DNA from: Blepharisma stoltei ATCC 30299
Lineage: Eukaryota > Protista > Ciliophora
NCBI GenBank assembly: GCA_965603825.1
Contig: CBFDEM010000020.1
Span: 372,001-436,000 of the forward strand
Direction of reading: 5' to 3'
DNA length: 64,000 nucleotides
Positions 12,109-23,326 of this stretch are shown here, one piece after another. The notes beneath the pieces were generated by a model that saw only the letters and a program-made list of their open reading frames with translations, was not told the DNA's origin and searched no databases. The translations under genes and the position numbers were made by a program. How positions within the stretch are numbered: position 1 is the stretch's first letter; every line of letters begins with the position of its first letter.

Positions 12109-15100
12109 ATGTCACAGAACTCACATCAAGTATAATTCATATAGGAACAAAATCTCCTCATCCCTGCATTTCTACAGCTCCGAGGTCTTGTGAAGCAGCA
12201 TATTGACTCTTATGATTATTTCTTAACCACTGATATAAAACAAATAGTATCATCGCCTTCGAATTGCTGTGTGTTATCAGATTACAACCCTGATTTCTAT
12301 TTAAAGTATAAAGACATCAGAGTGCTGATGCCTTCTATTGAAGAGGATGCAGTAATATCTTCAATCACCCCACATGAGTGCAGATTGAGGGATTTGACAT
12401 ATGCTGCGCCAATTGAGGTGGACATTGAATATATTAAGGGAAACAAAATTATATGTAGAAGTGGCTTGGAGATAGGGATGATGCCTATCATGCTTGGCTG
12501 CTGTAACTGTGTTCTAAGAAACAAGTCAGAAGAAGAACTTGCAAAAATGCTGGAATGTCCTTATGACCCTCGTGGATATTTCATCATCAAAGGCGTTGAA
12601 AAGGTCATTTTAATCCAAGAACAAGCCTCAAAAAATAGGATTATAGTAGAAATTGACAGCAAAAACAATGTTGTCGCACAAGTGACTAGCTCTACACATG
12701 AAAAGAAATCAAGAACAGTAGTGCAGTCAAAAGGTTCAAAAATTTATATGAAGCATAACACGTTATCAGAGGATATTCCAATTGCCATTGTTTTCAAAGC
12801 ACTTGGTGTGCAGGCTGATCAAGAAATCTTTCAGCTAGTAGGAACACAAAAGCAATATATTGATGCACTAGGAATGTCTCTACAAGAATGTAGTATTTTA
12901 AATATTTTGACAGAAAAACAAGCTTTAAGGTTCATTGGGTCCAAAATAAAAAACAGCAAAGCTGCAAAAACAGGAAGAACAAAAATAGAGGAAGCAAGAG
13001 ACGTGCTAGCAACTGTAGTACTGTCCCATGTTCCTTGCGAAAATTATGATTTTAGAGCAAAAATCAGATATCTAGGCATTATGGTAAGAAAAGTCATTGA
13101 TGCTATGAATGATCCTAAAAAAGTTGATGATAGAGACTACTATGGAAATAAAAGACTTGAGCTTGCTGGACAACTTGTGGGGCTTCTGTTCGAAGACCTT
13201 TTCAAACGTTTTAACAGTGACATCAAAAAGCATGTTGACAAGATTTTTTCTAAGCCAAAATCTTCCAAAGGAGAGCCATTTGATGTAATCACTGCAATGA
13301 ACAAAAAAATGATCACAGAAGGACTGAATAACGCTATTTCTACTGGAAATTGGTCACTCAAAAGATTCAAAATGGAGAGAGCAGGGGTCACTGAGGTCCT
13401 ATCAAGGCTTTCTTATATGTCAGCTTTAGGGATGATGACTAGAATTAATAGTCAATTTGAAAAAACCAGAAAAATTTCGGGACCAAGGTCTCTGCAGGGC
13501 AGTCAGTTTGGGATGATATGTCCTTCTGATACCCCAGAAGGTGAATCCTGTGGGCTTGTAAAAACTCTTGCCTTGACCACCCATATTACTATAGATCAGC
13601 CTGAAGAGCAGATTTCTAAGCTTGCTTTTTCTTTAGGTGTTGAAGACGCATCATTATTTTCTGGGGATGAACTGTATTCTCCAGGCGTTTTCAGAGTCTT
13701 TTTGAACGGCCAACCTTTAGGTGTCCATAGAGACGCAGATTTTTTGATCAACAGTTTGAGAGAAATCAGGAGAAAAGGAAAAATAAGTGAGTTTGTAAGT
13801 GTCGTTAAGGTAGAAGAGGAGCAGCAGATCCATATAGCATGTGATGGAGGAAGATTAACCAGACCATTTATTATTATAGAAAAATGCAAATCCAAGGTTG
13901 AGCCAAAACACATAAAAGAGCTCACCCTTGGACTAAGGAATTTTGATGATTTTGTAAATGAAGGACTTGTGGAATATTTAGATGTAAATGAAGAAAATAA
14001 TGCTGTGATTGCAATGCGGCATGAAAATATATCAGAAGATACCACACATTTAGAAATTGACCCCTTTACTATATTAGGCTGTGTGGCTGGGCTTATTCCT
14101 TATCCTCACCATAATCAGAGTCCTAGAAATACTTATCAATGTGCTATGGGCAAGCAAGCTTTAGGGATTATTGGCTATAACCAATTCTTGCGAGTAGATA
14201 CTGTATTATATTTATTAGCATACTCACAAACACCTATGGTAAGGACAAAGACCATTGAAATCGTTAATTACGACAAGCTACCTGCAGGCCACAACGCATC
14301 AGTTGCAGTTATGTCTTATTCTGGCTATGATATAGAAGATGCTATTATTCTTAATAAGGCTTCTTCTGAAAGAGGATTTGGCCGCTCGCTTATAGTAAAA
14401 CGTCAAAACTCTGATTTGAGAAGATATAATAATGGGCTATCTGATAGACTGGTAATGCCACCAGTTATCCATGGTGATAACCCTCCTCCTTCAATTAAAA
14501 AATTCCATGCATTGGATAAAGGAGGAATTGTAGCAGTTGGGTCAATTGTTCAGACAGGAGATGTGCTAGTTAATAAAGAAACTCCTGTTAATAAAGTTGA
14601 CGATATCGAAATGAGTAAGCTAACTGATAACGATTTCAAACCTTCTTTCACCTGCTTTAAAGGTCCAAACCCTACACAAGTCAACAGGCTGTTCATAGCT
14701 TGCAATCCAGAAGAGCCATTTTTAATTAAAACAGTCACAATTGAAACGAGGCCGCCTGAGCTTGGGGATAAGTTCAGCTCAAGACATGGACAAAAGGGTG
14801 TAGTTGGACTCATTGTGCAGCAAGAAGACATGCCTTTTAACGAGCAAGGGTGGTGCCCTGATATGATTATGAATCCTCATGGGTTCCCATCTCGTATGAC
14901 TGTAGGGAAGCTTATAGAGCTTGTAGCAGGAAAATCAGGGGTTTTCCAAGGAAAATTCAAATACGGGACAGCTTTTGCTGGAGACAAAGTTATAGACTGC
15001 GGAGAAATTTTGGTGAAAAATGGCTTCAACTATACAGGAAAAGATGTTTTGATGTGTGGAACCAGCGGAGAGCTTGTTGGGGCTTATATATTTTCGGGGC

Positions 15101-15480
15101 CACTTTATTACCAAAAATTGAAGCATATGGTTGCTGATAAGATGCATGCAAGAGCTATCGGACCTAAAACTGCGCTAACAAGGCAGCCAACAGAGGGAAG
15201 AGCGAGAGAAGGAGGGCTAAGATTAGGAGAAATGGAAAGGGACTGCTTAATTGGCTATGGTGCAGCTTCGCTTATCCAAGAAAGACTTATGTACTCGAGT
15301 GATGTTTTTATAGCTTCAGTATGTGAGTCATGTGGGAATTTAGGCTACGAGCAATGGTGCCAGTTTTGCAAGTCGCGGCTCAATATTGTCAAAGTGAAAA
15401 TGCCTTATGCTTGCAAGCTATTATTCCAAGAATTGCAAGCCATGAATATTCGACCTAAGTTAAATTTATCCAGTTCTTAA
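12109..15480 (+). CDS. POLR3B: RNA polymerase III second-largest subunit (~1118 aa)
   Basis: [67 protein letters not shown] 12109 recovered through intron 12130-12144. Confidence 0.95.
12130..12144 (+). other. 15-nt intron (RPC2)
   Basis: GTATAATTCATATAG; links ATG 12109 to the main ORF. Confidence 0.85.
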
Positions 15481-15508
15481 TTAATTCCTAAATGAAGACT
15501 ACTAATTA

Positions 15509-16885
15509 ATGCATGAGGTAAAAATGCCTTTATATATGGAAATTTCTAATATGGACGAAGCTCCCATCCAAGAAGTGACCGACGAAAATGTCACCTTTAA
15601 AGACCTTGGTGTCTGCGATGAGCTTTGTCTGTCAGTAGAACGACTTAATTACCGCCATCCTACACAAATTCAAAAAGAATCAATTCCATATGCACTCAAA
15701 GGAAATGATATAATCGGCCTTGCTGTGACTGGTTCAGGGAAAACCGCATCTTTTGCTCTTCCCATTTTGCAAAAGCTTCTGGATAACCCACAGTCCTTTT
15801 TTGCAATTGTTCTAACTCCAACCCGTGAGCTCGCAATCCAGATCTCTGAACAATTTGAGGCGATTGGTGCTTTTATCCACCTAAAAACTGCCGTTTTGGT
15901 GGGAGGTCTTGATTTGATGCAGCAGGCTTTATCTTTGTCAAAAAAGCCTCATGTCATCATAGGGACTCCTGGACGAGTTGCAGATCACTTACAAAACACA
16001 AAAGGCTTTAACCTGAACCAAGTAAAATTCTTAGTTCTGGACGAAGCTGATAGACTGCTGAACATGGACTTCGAAAAAGAAATCAATTTGATCGTCGGTG
16101 CCTTGCCAGCTGAAAGATCAACTTTTCTATTTTCAGCGACCATGACAAATAAAGTACAAAAGCTCCAAAGAGCCTGCTTAAAAAGAGACGCAGTGAGAGT
16201 CCAGGTTTCAGATAAATATCAAACTGTAGATACTTTGACACAAGAGTACTTATTTGTTCCTGCTCAGTATAAAGATACTTATTTATATGCAATTTTAAAC
16301 CAATTCATGGGAAACTCAGTCATCATTTTTACTGATACTTCAGCTAGCGCTTCCAAAGTTTCAACTATCCTAACGAAGCTAGGATTGAAAGCCATAGCAC
16401 TATTTGGCAAGCTTTCCCAAGATAAAAGGCTAGAAGCGCTGAATAAATTCAAAGCAAAAGGAAGAAATATTTTGGTAGCGACTGATGTAGCTAGCAGAGG
16501 GCTGGATATTCCTTCTGTTGATTTGGTTATTAACTATGATATTCCTCAGCAATCTAAAAATTACATACACAGAGTCGGCAGAACTGCAAGAGCTGGGAGG
16601 TCGGGCAGAGCTATTAGCATTGTTACTCAATATGACGTGCAGCTGTTTCAAAGAGTGGAATCAATTATAAACAAAAAATTATCTGAATTTAAAATTGACC
16701 AGGATTCAGTCCTTGTAAACCACGAAAAAGTGTTATCAGCACAAAGAGAAGCGCTACAAGATATCAAAGAACAGCAACACAATAATGAAGACCCAGAAGA
16801 TGAAGAAAACCAAGACGAAGATGGCTCAGGACCTAAAATCCGCAAAAAGAAAAAATTCAATAAAAGGCCGGTTAAAAGACATTAA
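15509..16885 (+). CDS. DDX47: DEAD-box RNA helicase RRP3/DDX47 (true start may be ATG 15551)
   Basis: AVTGSGKT, PTRELA, TPGR, DEADRLLNMDFE, SAT, YIHRVGRTARAGRSG, basic C-terminal tail. Confidence 0.9.
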   Translation: MHEVKMPLYMEISNMDEAPIQEVTDENVTFKDLGVCDELCLSVERLNYRHPTQIQKESIPYALKGNDIIGLAVTGSGKTASFALPILQKLLDNPQSFFAIVLTPTRELAIQISEQFEAIGAFIHLKTAVLVGGLDLMQQALSLSKKPHVIIGTPGRVADHLQNTKGFNLNQVKFLVLDEADRLLNMDFEKEINLIVGALPAERSTFLFSATMTNKVQKLQRACLKRDAVRVQVSDKYQTVDTLTQEYLFVPAQYKDTYLYAILNQFMGNSVIIFTDTSASASKVSTILTKLGLKAIALFGKLSQDKRLEALNKFKAKGRNILVATDVASRGLDIPSVDLVINYDIPQQSKNYIHRVGRTARAGRSGRAISIVTQYDVQLFQRVESIINKKLSEFKIDQDSVLVNHEKVLSAQREALQDIKEQQHNNEDPEDEENQDEDGSGPKIRKKKKFNKRPVKRH

Positions 16886-16935
16886 TTCTTACCATTTTTA
16901 TACAAATCTCTCTATTAATTCATATTTTATCATAT

Positions 16936-17646
16936 ATGATAAACCATAACTTAGCAGCTGTAACTTCTGAAAAATTGCTAATCGGTTATAAATCACTTAC
17001 ACTAGAAAACCAAATGGCAATCCGAAAACATTTCGAAGAAATTTATTCTATTATCAAAAATTCAAAAACCGAAGATGATGACTATAACAATAAAGAAATT
17101 ATAAAATCTATTTTAAATCATATAGTAGATGACGTTTATCGATTTGAAAGTCCAAAACCTATTCATTACAGAAGTCAAAGATCGTCATATTCAACCCAAG
17201 TCTCGCCAAAAAACTCGGAACTTATGGACTCAACATCATCTAAAAATTTTCAGTCACCTATGAGGAGCAAAAAATCAAGCTCAATCTCTTCAGCTAGCAA
17301 GACAATTGAAGCTAAAAGACCTCAGAGCTATATAAGCTTAAGAGACAGAGTTTTGCAAGCTAATGGTCATGACGAGTCTTTCAGCGTATTTTATATTTAG
17401 TCAGAATTTTTTCACATTAAAGGTCCGGCTACATTTTATAAGACTAAGAAAAAAGGGCTTGAATTTAGGACTGATTTATCGCCAGGGCCAGCTGCTTATG
17501 TAGGCCACTCAAGTCTTACAAGAACAAATAGCCCTAGAGCTACTATAGGGAATGGAGGAAAAAGATTTGAATGACTGATTCCAACTTCTCCAGGACCAAC
17601 TCATTATAAACCAGATTGGCATTTTCTAGCTAAAAAAGGACAATAA
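16936..17646 (+). CDS. Protein with SHIPPO/PG-rich-like repeats (~231 aa), possibly ciliary
   Basis: Intron 17386-17400 extends the ORF into an exon with SPGPAAY and SPGPTHY; one TGA=Trp; TAA 17644-17646. Confidence 0.7.
17386..17400 (+). other. 15-nt intron
   Basis: GTATTTTATATTTAG; removes an in-frame TAG. Confidence 0.8.
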
Positions 17647-17942
17647 TTATAAGCAGATAAAAATAATTTTGTTTTATATTTTATTAATGACATCTGAAAA
17701 AGTTAATGCCAATATTAACTATTCATGTATTCTATTGTTAAACGATATATTTAAATGAAATAATAAAAATTGCAAGACATATTATGAATTTTTTGATTTA
17801 GCCTAGGATGCAATTATTCTCTTAAAATCTTAAAAATGCTAGTAGAGTACTTTATTATTATCCTAAAAAAAGAAATTGTTAAAATACTTATATTTCTTTA
17901 GTATTTCTGCAAATTACTCTCTAACTTAAATGAATATGGAAA

Positions 17943-18629
17943 ATGATAAGTTTATCAAATAAAGATCTCAAAAGCATAAACACGCAAACATCGATTGAAT
18001 TAAATGATAATGCTCAAGAGTCCAAAATAAATAAAATTCAAATAAGAATTATTCACAGAAAAGATTCACATCAAAAAATTTCAAACTACAGTAAAAATTT
18101 TACCGAAAAAATATTAAACGACTCTCAAACTGTCTCTTTAGTGAATTTAAATAAATTATTAGAGACTAATACAGTAAATCAGCAACAAGCAGTAGCTTTT
18201 CAAGCTGGAAGATGCTGGAGTAGAAGTTCAACATCTAGAAATAAAAATGCTGAAAGTGTTTCACCGTTGCCTTCTGAAAAATGCTTGATAAATGAAACAG
18301 GGAAAGTGGAAAGATATTTTAAAGTAAACAATGAAGGAAGATTAGAAATTAAAGATTATCCGAATTTAAGGCCCCGGTCAGCCTTTAAGCGGACAGTAGA
18401 CTCATCCTGACCAAATATGCTTAGAAAATCAACTCCTAGAATCAGAGTAGTTGACAAAGAGCTGCAAAGCTGTTTTATACAGTCTAAGGTAGGTTTAAAA
18501 CCCAAAAATAGGCTGCTTAGAAAAGTGTCTCCATGTTTTGGGAAAAAAGAAGAAAAAGAGTATACAGGATATTTAAGCGCAAGGATAAAGCATTATTCAA
18601 AGAGCATGTTAAAAAATAAGAATTCATAA
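17943..18629 (+). CDS. Hypothetical basic low-complexity protein (~228 aa)
   Basis: ORFs 17943-18410 and 18417-18629 are in one frame joined by TGA=Trp. Confidence 0.6.
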
Positions 18630-18807
18630 ACCAATTTAAATAATTCTCCAAATGTAATTATAGAAATATGAGCGCTGAGAAATGCTTTAAATCTGAGTGC
18701 ACGCGATATTTTAGAAGCTTTAGGACAGAAGAAATAAAGAAGCATTTAATTTTTATTAGGATTAACAAGTCCCTAACTTTTCCTTCGATAATAAGTTAAT
18801 TTTCTTA

Positions 18808-20538
18808 TTAGCCTATTAGATCTTGGAACTGTTTAACCATTTGGTAATAAGCAATCTCCTCCTCTTCAATTTGCTTAAGTTTCCTTTCCATTTGTTTGAG
18901 ATCTTCTTGAACAGATCTGCCTTTATCTTCTGCTTTTTTAGCTTTTTGTTTTACTTGAAGAGTGGCCTCTTTGACATTTTCAGCAAATTCATCTTTTTCA
19001 GATTTCTTTTTAGCGTCTTTGAATCCTTTTTGGAATGAGTCAAGCATCTGAACTTCTGAAGAAAGTAAATCTTTAATTTCCAGCAAAGAATTATAGCTCG
19101 TAAAAAACTTTCTATTTTCTTCAACCTTCAAGTTAATCTGCTCATAAAGTTCCACAAATCTTCTTTGATACTGCGTTAACTCTGTCTGTGAGGGCGTATT
19201 TTCCAATCTTCTTTGCAAAATCGCGACTTCTTGGTTTTTTTCAGCTAAAATATTGCTAGCTTTTTCGTATTTTTTTGAAGTCTCTTCATAAGACTTTTCG
19301 ATTTTTTCAAACCACTCTTTGATTTCTGATTCAATATTAATTTCATTTTTCTTATTCAATTCTTCTATTTCTTTGCTGCATTTTTCTTTAAGCTACATAT
19401 TTTTTACGTTTCTTTGTTTTTCTCTCAGCTCATTTCTTCTTTCCACAAGCACTTCAACACTTTTTACAACATCAACTTGCAAGGCTTCTTTGGATTCTGA
19501 AGCGTTTTCTTCAACGTTTTTAATAGAAATTTCCAATTTTTCTTTCAAATTTTTAATTTCAGCTTCCTCCACAGACAAGTTTTCAAGCTGTTCTTTTATT
19601 TCTTTATTCGCCTGCTCCAGAGTTATTTTGGCTTCTTGTTTAGCTTCAATTTGTTTGGTAAGTGTCTGAATAAGCCTTTCAATTCTCTCTTTTTCAAGTC
19701 TTCTCTGTAAAATTTCAGGGTCTTCTTCTTTTTTCGACTCTAAATACTCGTTTCTAGCATTGCTGATATCTTCATTTTTCACCATTTTAGCAAAGTTCTG
19801 CCCAAAAGTAGCCAATAAAGAGGTTCTTGGCGCTATCTGCTCAGCACCCATTTCTAATAGAGGATTCACTGTCCCTTCTCCTCCTAGCTCAAAAAGTGCT
19901 TCAGATCCAGATACTGTTGAGGATTTATTCGTGGTTTCGCTATAATTTTTTAAGAAGTTTTCATAACTTTTGCTTGCAGTAATATCTCCGAATTCCATAA
20001 GAGCAGAATAAACACGAACAGGGTCGTTCAATTTTTTCGTTGAAAGGGTCTTAAATTGTCTTTTAGGCGGCTCTGGCTTCTCGCCATCCTCCAATGAATC
20101 TGCTTGTTTTTGTTCTCCTGCAAATTTATAGTATACCAAAGAAGCTTGTTTTTTAGTCAGACCTGCTTGCTGTTGTTGAGAACTGAGAACTGCTTTAACT
20201 AGCCACTGAATAACAGGGTAGAGATGAGCATAATCTAAGCCTTGAATTTGATGAGGCTGAATGATGTAAGGAGAGCCCATGTTTTTTAAGGCTTTAACAA
20301 TACTTTCGCTCAGCGCACTGAATAGTCATTACATTTTTTTACCCATGTTAAGTTCATCTGAAAATTCAAAAGAAATATCTTCATTTGCCAGGGTAATGCA
20401 CCATGCCATTCCTCCCAAAATCTAGGTGAAATTTACTTTGTCAAAAGGTGAAATGTTTGAAATTCTTGCTCTGAAATAGCCTGCAGCAAGCAGCATATCT
20501 GTGATTTGTGCTAGTTCTTCTGAGGGTTGAGACGACAT
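18808..20538 (-). CDS. CCDC93: CCDC93 (Commander/CCC complex subunit, ~561 aa)
   Basis: [65 protein letters not shown]; introns 20422-20436, 20318-20332 and 19393-19407. Confidence 0.92.
19393..19407 (-). other. 15-nt intron (CCDC93)
   Basis: GTAAAAAATATGTAG. Confidence 0.88.
20318..20332 (-). other. 15-nt intron (CCDC93)
   Basis: GTAATGACTATTCAG; gives GKKIALSE. Confidence 0.88.
20422..20436 (-). other. 15-nt intron (CCDC93)
   Basis: GTAAATTTCACCTAG; gives PFDK|ILGG. Confidence 0.9.
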
Positions 20539-20597
20539 TTATAGGAATTAATTAAAATTATTGTGATTTTTGGGAGAACTGTTATCAGTCATTTTCA

Positions 20598-21308
20598 TTA
20601 TACAAAATTATTATTCAATTCTTCTTGCTGTCGAATTCTGGATTTCCTTCCTTGTGAGGCATATCTCCTTGTTGAATTTTCAACAATGTCCATGGATTTC
20701 TTGACAGGGTTCGTTTCAAGCAGTTTTGCGTATTCTTTTCTTCTTCTGTCTCTACTGCTTAGCACTTTTCATTCAGCAGTTCCTATTGATGGTCCAAGCC
20801 CTCCAAGAGTTATATACTCCTGACGAATATTTTTATATTCGCTAAATGTATAAGGACTAAATTTGTTGCTTGAAAGTTTAATCGAATCAAAAGATTTGTT
20901 GACTTTATAAGAGCCCAGAGGAGACATATTGATGCGTTCAGTTACCTTTGTTTTTTTAGTTTTGCATTTCCTTAAAATACTAAAAAAGGCTTCTTGATCT
21001 TGATAAGATTCTTTTACTTTTATAGGGATTGGACTTATATTTCTTACTCGAGCCTGCTTTTTTGAGCTTGATATTATCTGTGGAAGAGTTGTGAAAATCT
21101 TATTTTTTGTCTTATGCTCGATAACTGGCAGCTTTTGAGAACCATTTGGAGACTGTGGCAGAGAAGGTGATGGGGGTTCTAAGCTCGGAGAAACTTTTAG
21201 TTTATTGATACTCTTACTAGCTGCGTAGTTAGTTTTGAGATCAAGCAGTCCGTTTTTGTTCATTAAACTCACTTTTTCTTTGAATCTTGAATGAAAATCA
21301 TTCATCAT
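20598..21308 (-). CDS. JHY-like ciliary protein (~236 aa)
   Basis: PYTFSEYK...LGGLGPSIGTAEW...RRKEYAK resembles the Jhy-family motif; TGA=Trp at 20769; TAA 20598-20600. Confidence 0.6.
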
Positions 21309-21350
21309 TTTTACTGGAATAGTTATTTAATTAAATTAATGCAAATTATC

Positions 21351-22631
21351 TTAATAATTGTTTTCTTCTCCTTCGTCTGAACTTTTATCAAGACTATCCA
21401 TTTTTTCTCTTGTGACTGCTCTAGATGGAAAAGTTTTTTCGTATAATAAAGTTAAAACGCGCTCCTGAGATAAGATCATTTCTATGATTCTTTCTCTGTC
21501 TTGTGGGGATAATAAGATTTCCTTCTCTCTACTTTCTGGCCGACTTCTCGTTATCTGTGCTTTTATTTCGTCTACACATTGTCGAAGGATTTGCTCGAGC
21601 TCAGTTTTGCCTTGCAGCTCTCTTGCATAGGCAGTTCTGACTGTTTTTAAGTTTTTTCTTTCGGCTTCTAGCATGCGTTTAAGTCTGTTTATTATTGATT
21701 CATATCTTCCGTTTTTATCATCGTCTATGCTTCCAGATGAAGGAAACCTTCCGTTTACTGTTTTTGCAGATTGATCTAAGGAAGGGCTATATCCTGATCG
21801 GTCTCTTGATAAAGACATATTAAATTCTTTATACTTAGAAATTTCTTCCATAAGTTGCGCATTTTCTCTTTTTATGCTCACAATCTCTTTTAAAAGCACT
21901 TCTCTTCCAGTTTGTTGATTTCTGAATTCCAGCTTAATTTGTGAGTTTTCTTTTTGTAACATTTCATTTTTAGATTCAATTAAATCCATAGAGGCTTTCA
22001 TAAGTTCTAGCTCTCGCGTTAACTGTGACTCTTTTTCTGCATAATTTCCTACCCCTTCAAGCTTTTTCTTTTTTTCTTCATCCAAATCTTTATTAACCTC
22101 TTTCATTCTTGTCTCAAACTGTCTTTTAATATCTTTCTCTTGCTCCTGCAAAATTTGGCTTGTTTTCTTCTGTATATTTGAAATGTTTTCCCCAATGACT
22201 TCATGGAGCTTATTGATTTTGTCTAAATTCCTATTAAACTGATGCTCAATCGGCTGTTCTGCATAATTTGACCTTGCCCTCAACTCAGCCTCATACTCTG
22301 CCAAACTTTTTCTATACTCTTTTTCTCTTTTCATATATCGATCTTCTCGAGCTTGCATGTCTCTTTCCATTTGCCTGCATTTTTCTCTCTCATTTTCAAT
22401 CTGTCTCTTCAGGTCGCTTATTTTATTCTCTAAATCTGCCGCCTTGCTGTTAACTTCGCGAAAATCTCGCTTCCGTTTAATAGAATTTGAAGTTGTGGGG
22501 CGCGATTCTTTGGACTGGTCCAAGAATTTTGTTTTTGTTTTTTTGGCTTCTCTGAGCTGAGGGGTGCTTTCTAGGAGTCTTTGCTGGATTTCTTGAAGCC
22601 TTTTAAGAGCAACTGATTCGAAGTCTGACAT
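21351..22631 (-). CDS. Long coiled-coil protein, unknown function
   Basis: Intact 426-aa ORF rich in E/K/R heptads. Confidence 0.75.
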   Translation of the reverse strand: MSDFESVALKRLQEIQQRLLESTPQLREAKKTKTKFLDQSKESRPTTSNSIKRKRDFREVNSKAADLENKISDLKRQIENEREKCRQMERDMQAREDRYMKREKEYRKSLAEYEAELRARSNYAEQPIEHQFNRNLDKINKLHEVIGENISNIQKKTSQILQEQEKDIKRQFETRMKEVNKDLDEEKKKKLEGVGNYAEKESQLTRELELMKASMDLIESKNEMLQKENSQIKLEFRNQQTGREVLLKEIVSIKRENAQLMEEISKYKEFNMSLSRDRSGYSPSLDQSAKTVNGRFPSSGSIDDDKNGRYESIINRLKRMLEAERKNLKTVRTAYARELQGKTELEQILRQCVDEIKAQITRSRPESREKEILLSPQDRERIIEMILSQERVLTLLYEKTFPSRAVTREKMDSLDKSSDEGEENNY

Positions 22632-22868
22632 TTATATGAACTTTAAAGAAGTCAGGCAGTTTTATGTTAAATAAGGTAATAGAATAGAAAAATTGTAAGG
22701 AAATATTTCATTAAATGCAAAAATTCTTGCATAAAAAAAATAATTGCAAGGAGAAATTTTTAGTATATTTTATAAGTGAATATGTTAAAATTTGTTATAG
22801 TCTAGTTTAACAGTAGTCATTGGTTTTATAAATATATTATGCCATTTGAATAGATAATATTCAATAAT

Positions 22869-23201
22869 ATGGGCTGTTGTGCGTCAGTGGATTTGAAAGC
22901 AGACCGCGAGGGAGAAGAGTATAAAGGATATGATGGAAAAGCTCAGGCTAAAGGTTCTAGCCAAAAAGTTATAGCCCAAAAAGCACCTTATGCGAAGGAA
23001 CTGGAAGCGAAAAAGACTTATTATTATTGTGACTGCGGAAGGTCCAAAAATCAACCATTCTGTGATGGAAGCCACACTGGAACTCCTTTTACCCCACTTG
23101 CTTTTACAGTGCAAGAAAGCAAGACTTATTATATTTGTGGCTGCAAGCAAACCTCCCATGCTCCTTATTGTGATGGAACTCACAAGAAGATCGATTGGTA
23201 G
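22869..23201 (+). CDS. CISD3: Tandem CDGSH iron-sulfur protein (CISD3/MiNT-like) with N-terminal MGCCAS
   Basis: Two CDGSH motifs: CDCGRSKNQPFCDGSH and CGCKQTSHAPYCDGTH. Confidence 0.85.
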   Translation: MGCCASVDLKADREGEEYKGYDGKAQAKGSSQKVIAQKAPYAKELEAKKTYYYCDCGRSKNQPFCDGSHTGTPFTPLAFTVQESKTYYICGCKQTSHAPYCDGTHKKIDW

Positions 23202-23326
23202 TTTAAATTACCTAAATTATAGTCAATTAAGATTTATTTATTTAAATAATAAACTGCCATCGTGTCTTACTAAATATAAAAATGGTAACTAACTACTTTA
23301 CTTATTTTATTATGAAATTTAATAAA

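Noticed and set aside
18668-18799. 43-aa small ORF (MSAEKCFKSEC...) filling an intergenic gap
   Set aside because: No recognisable motif, and the length is within chance expectation.
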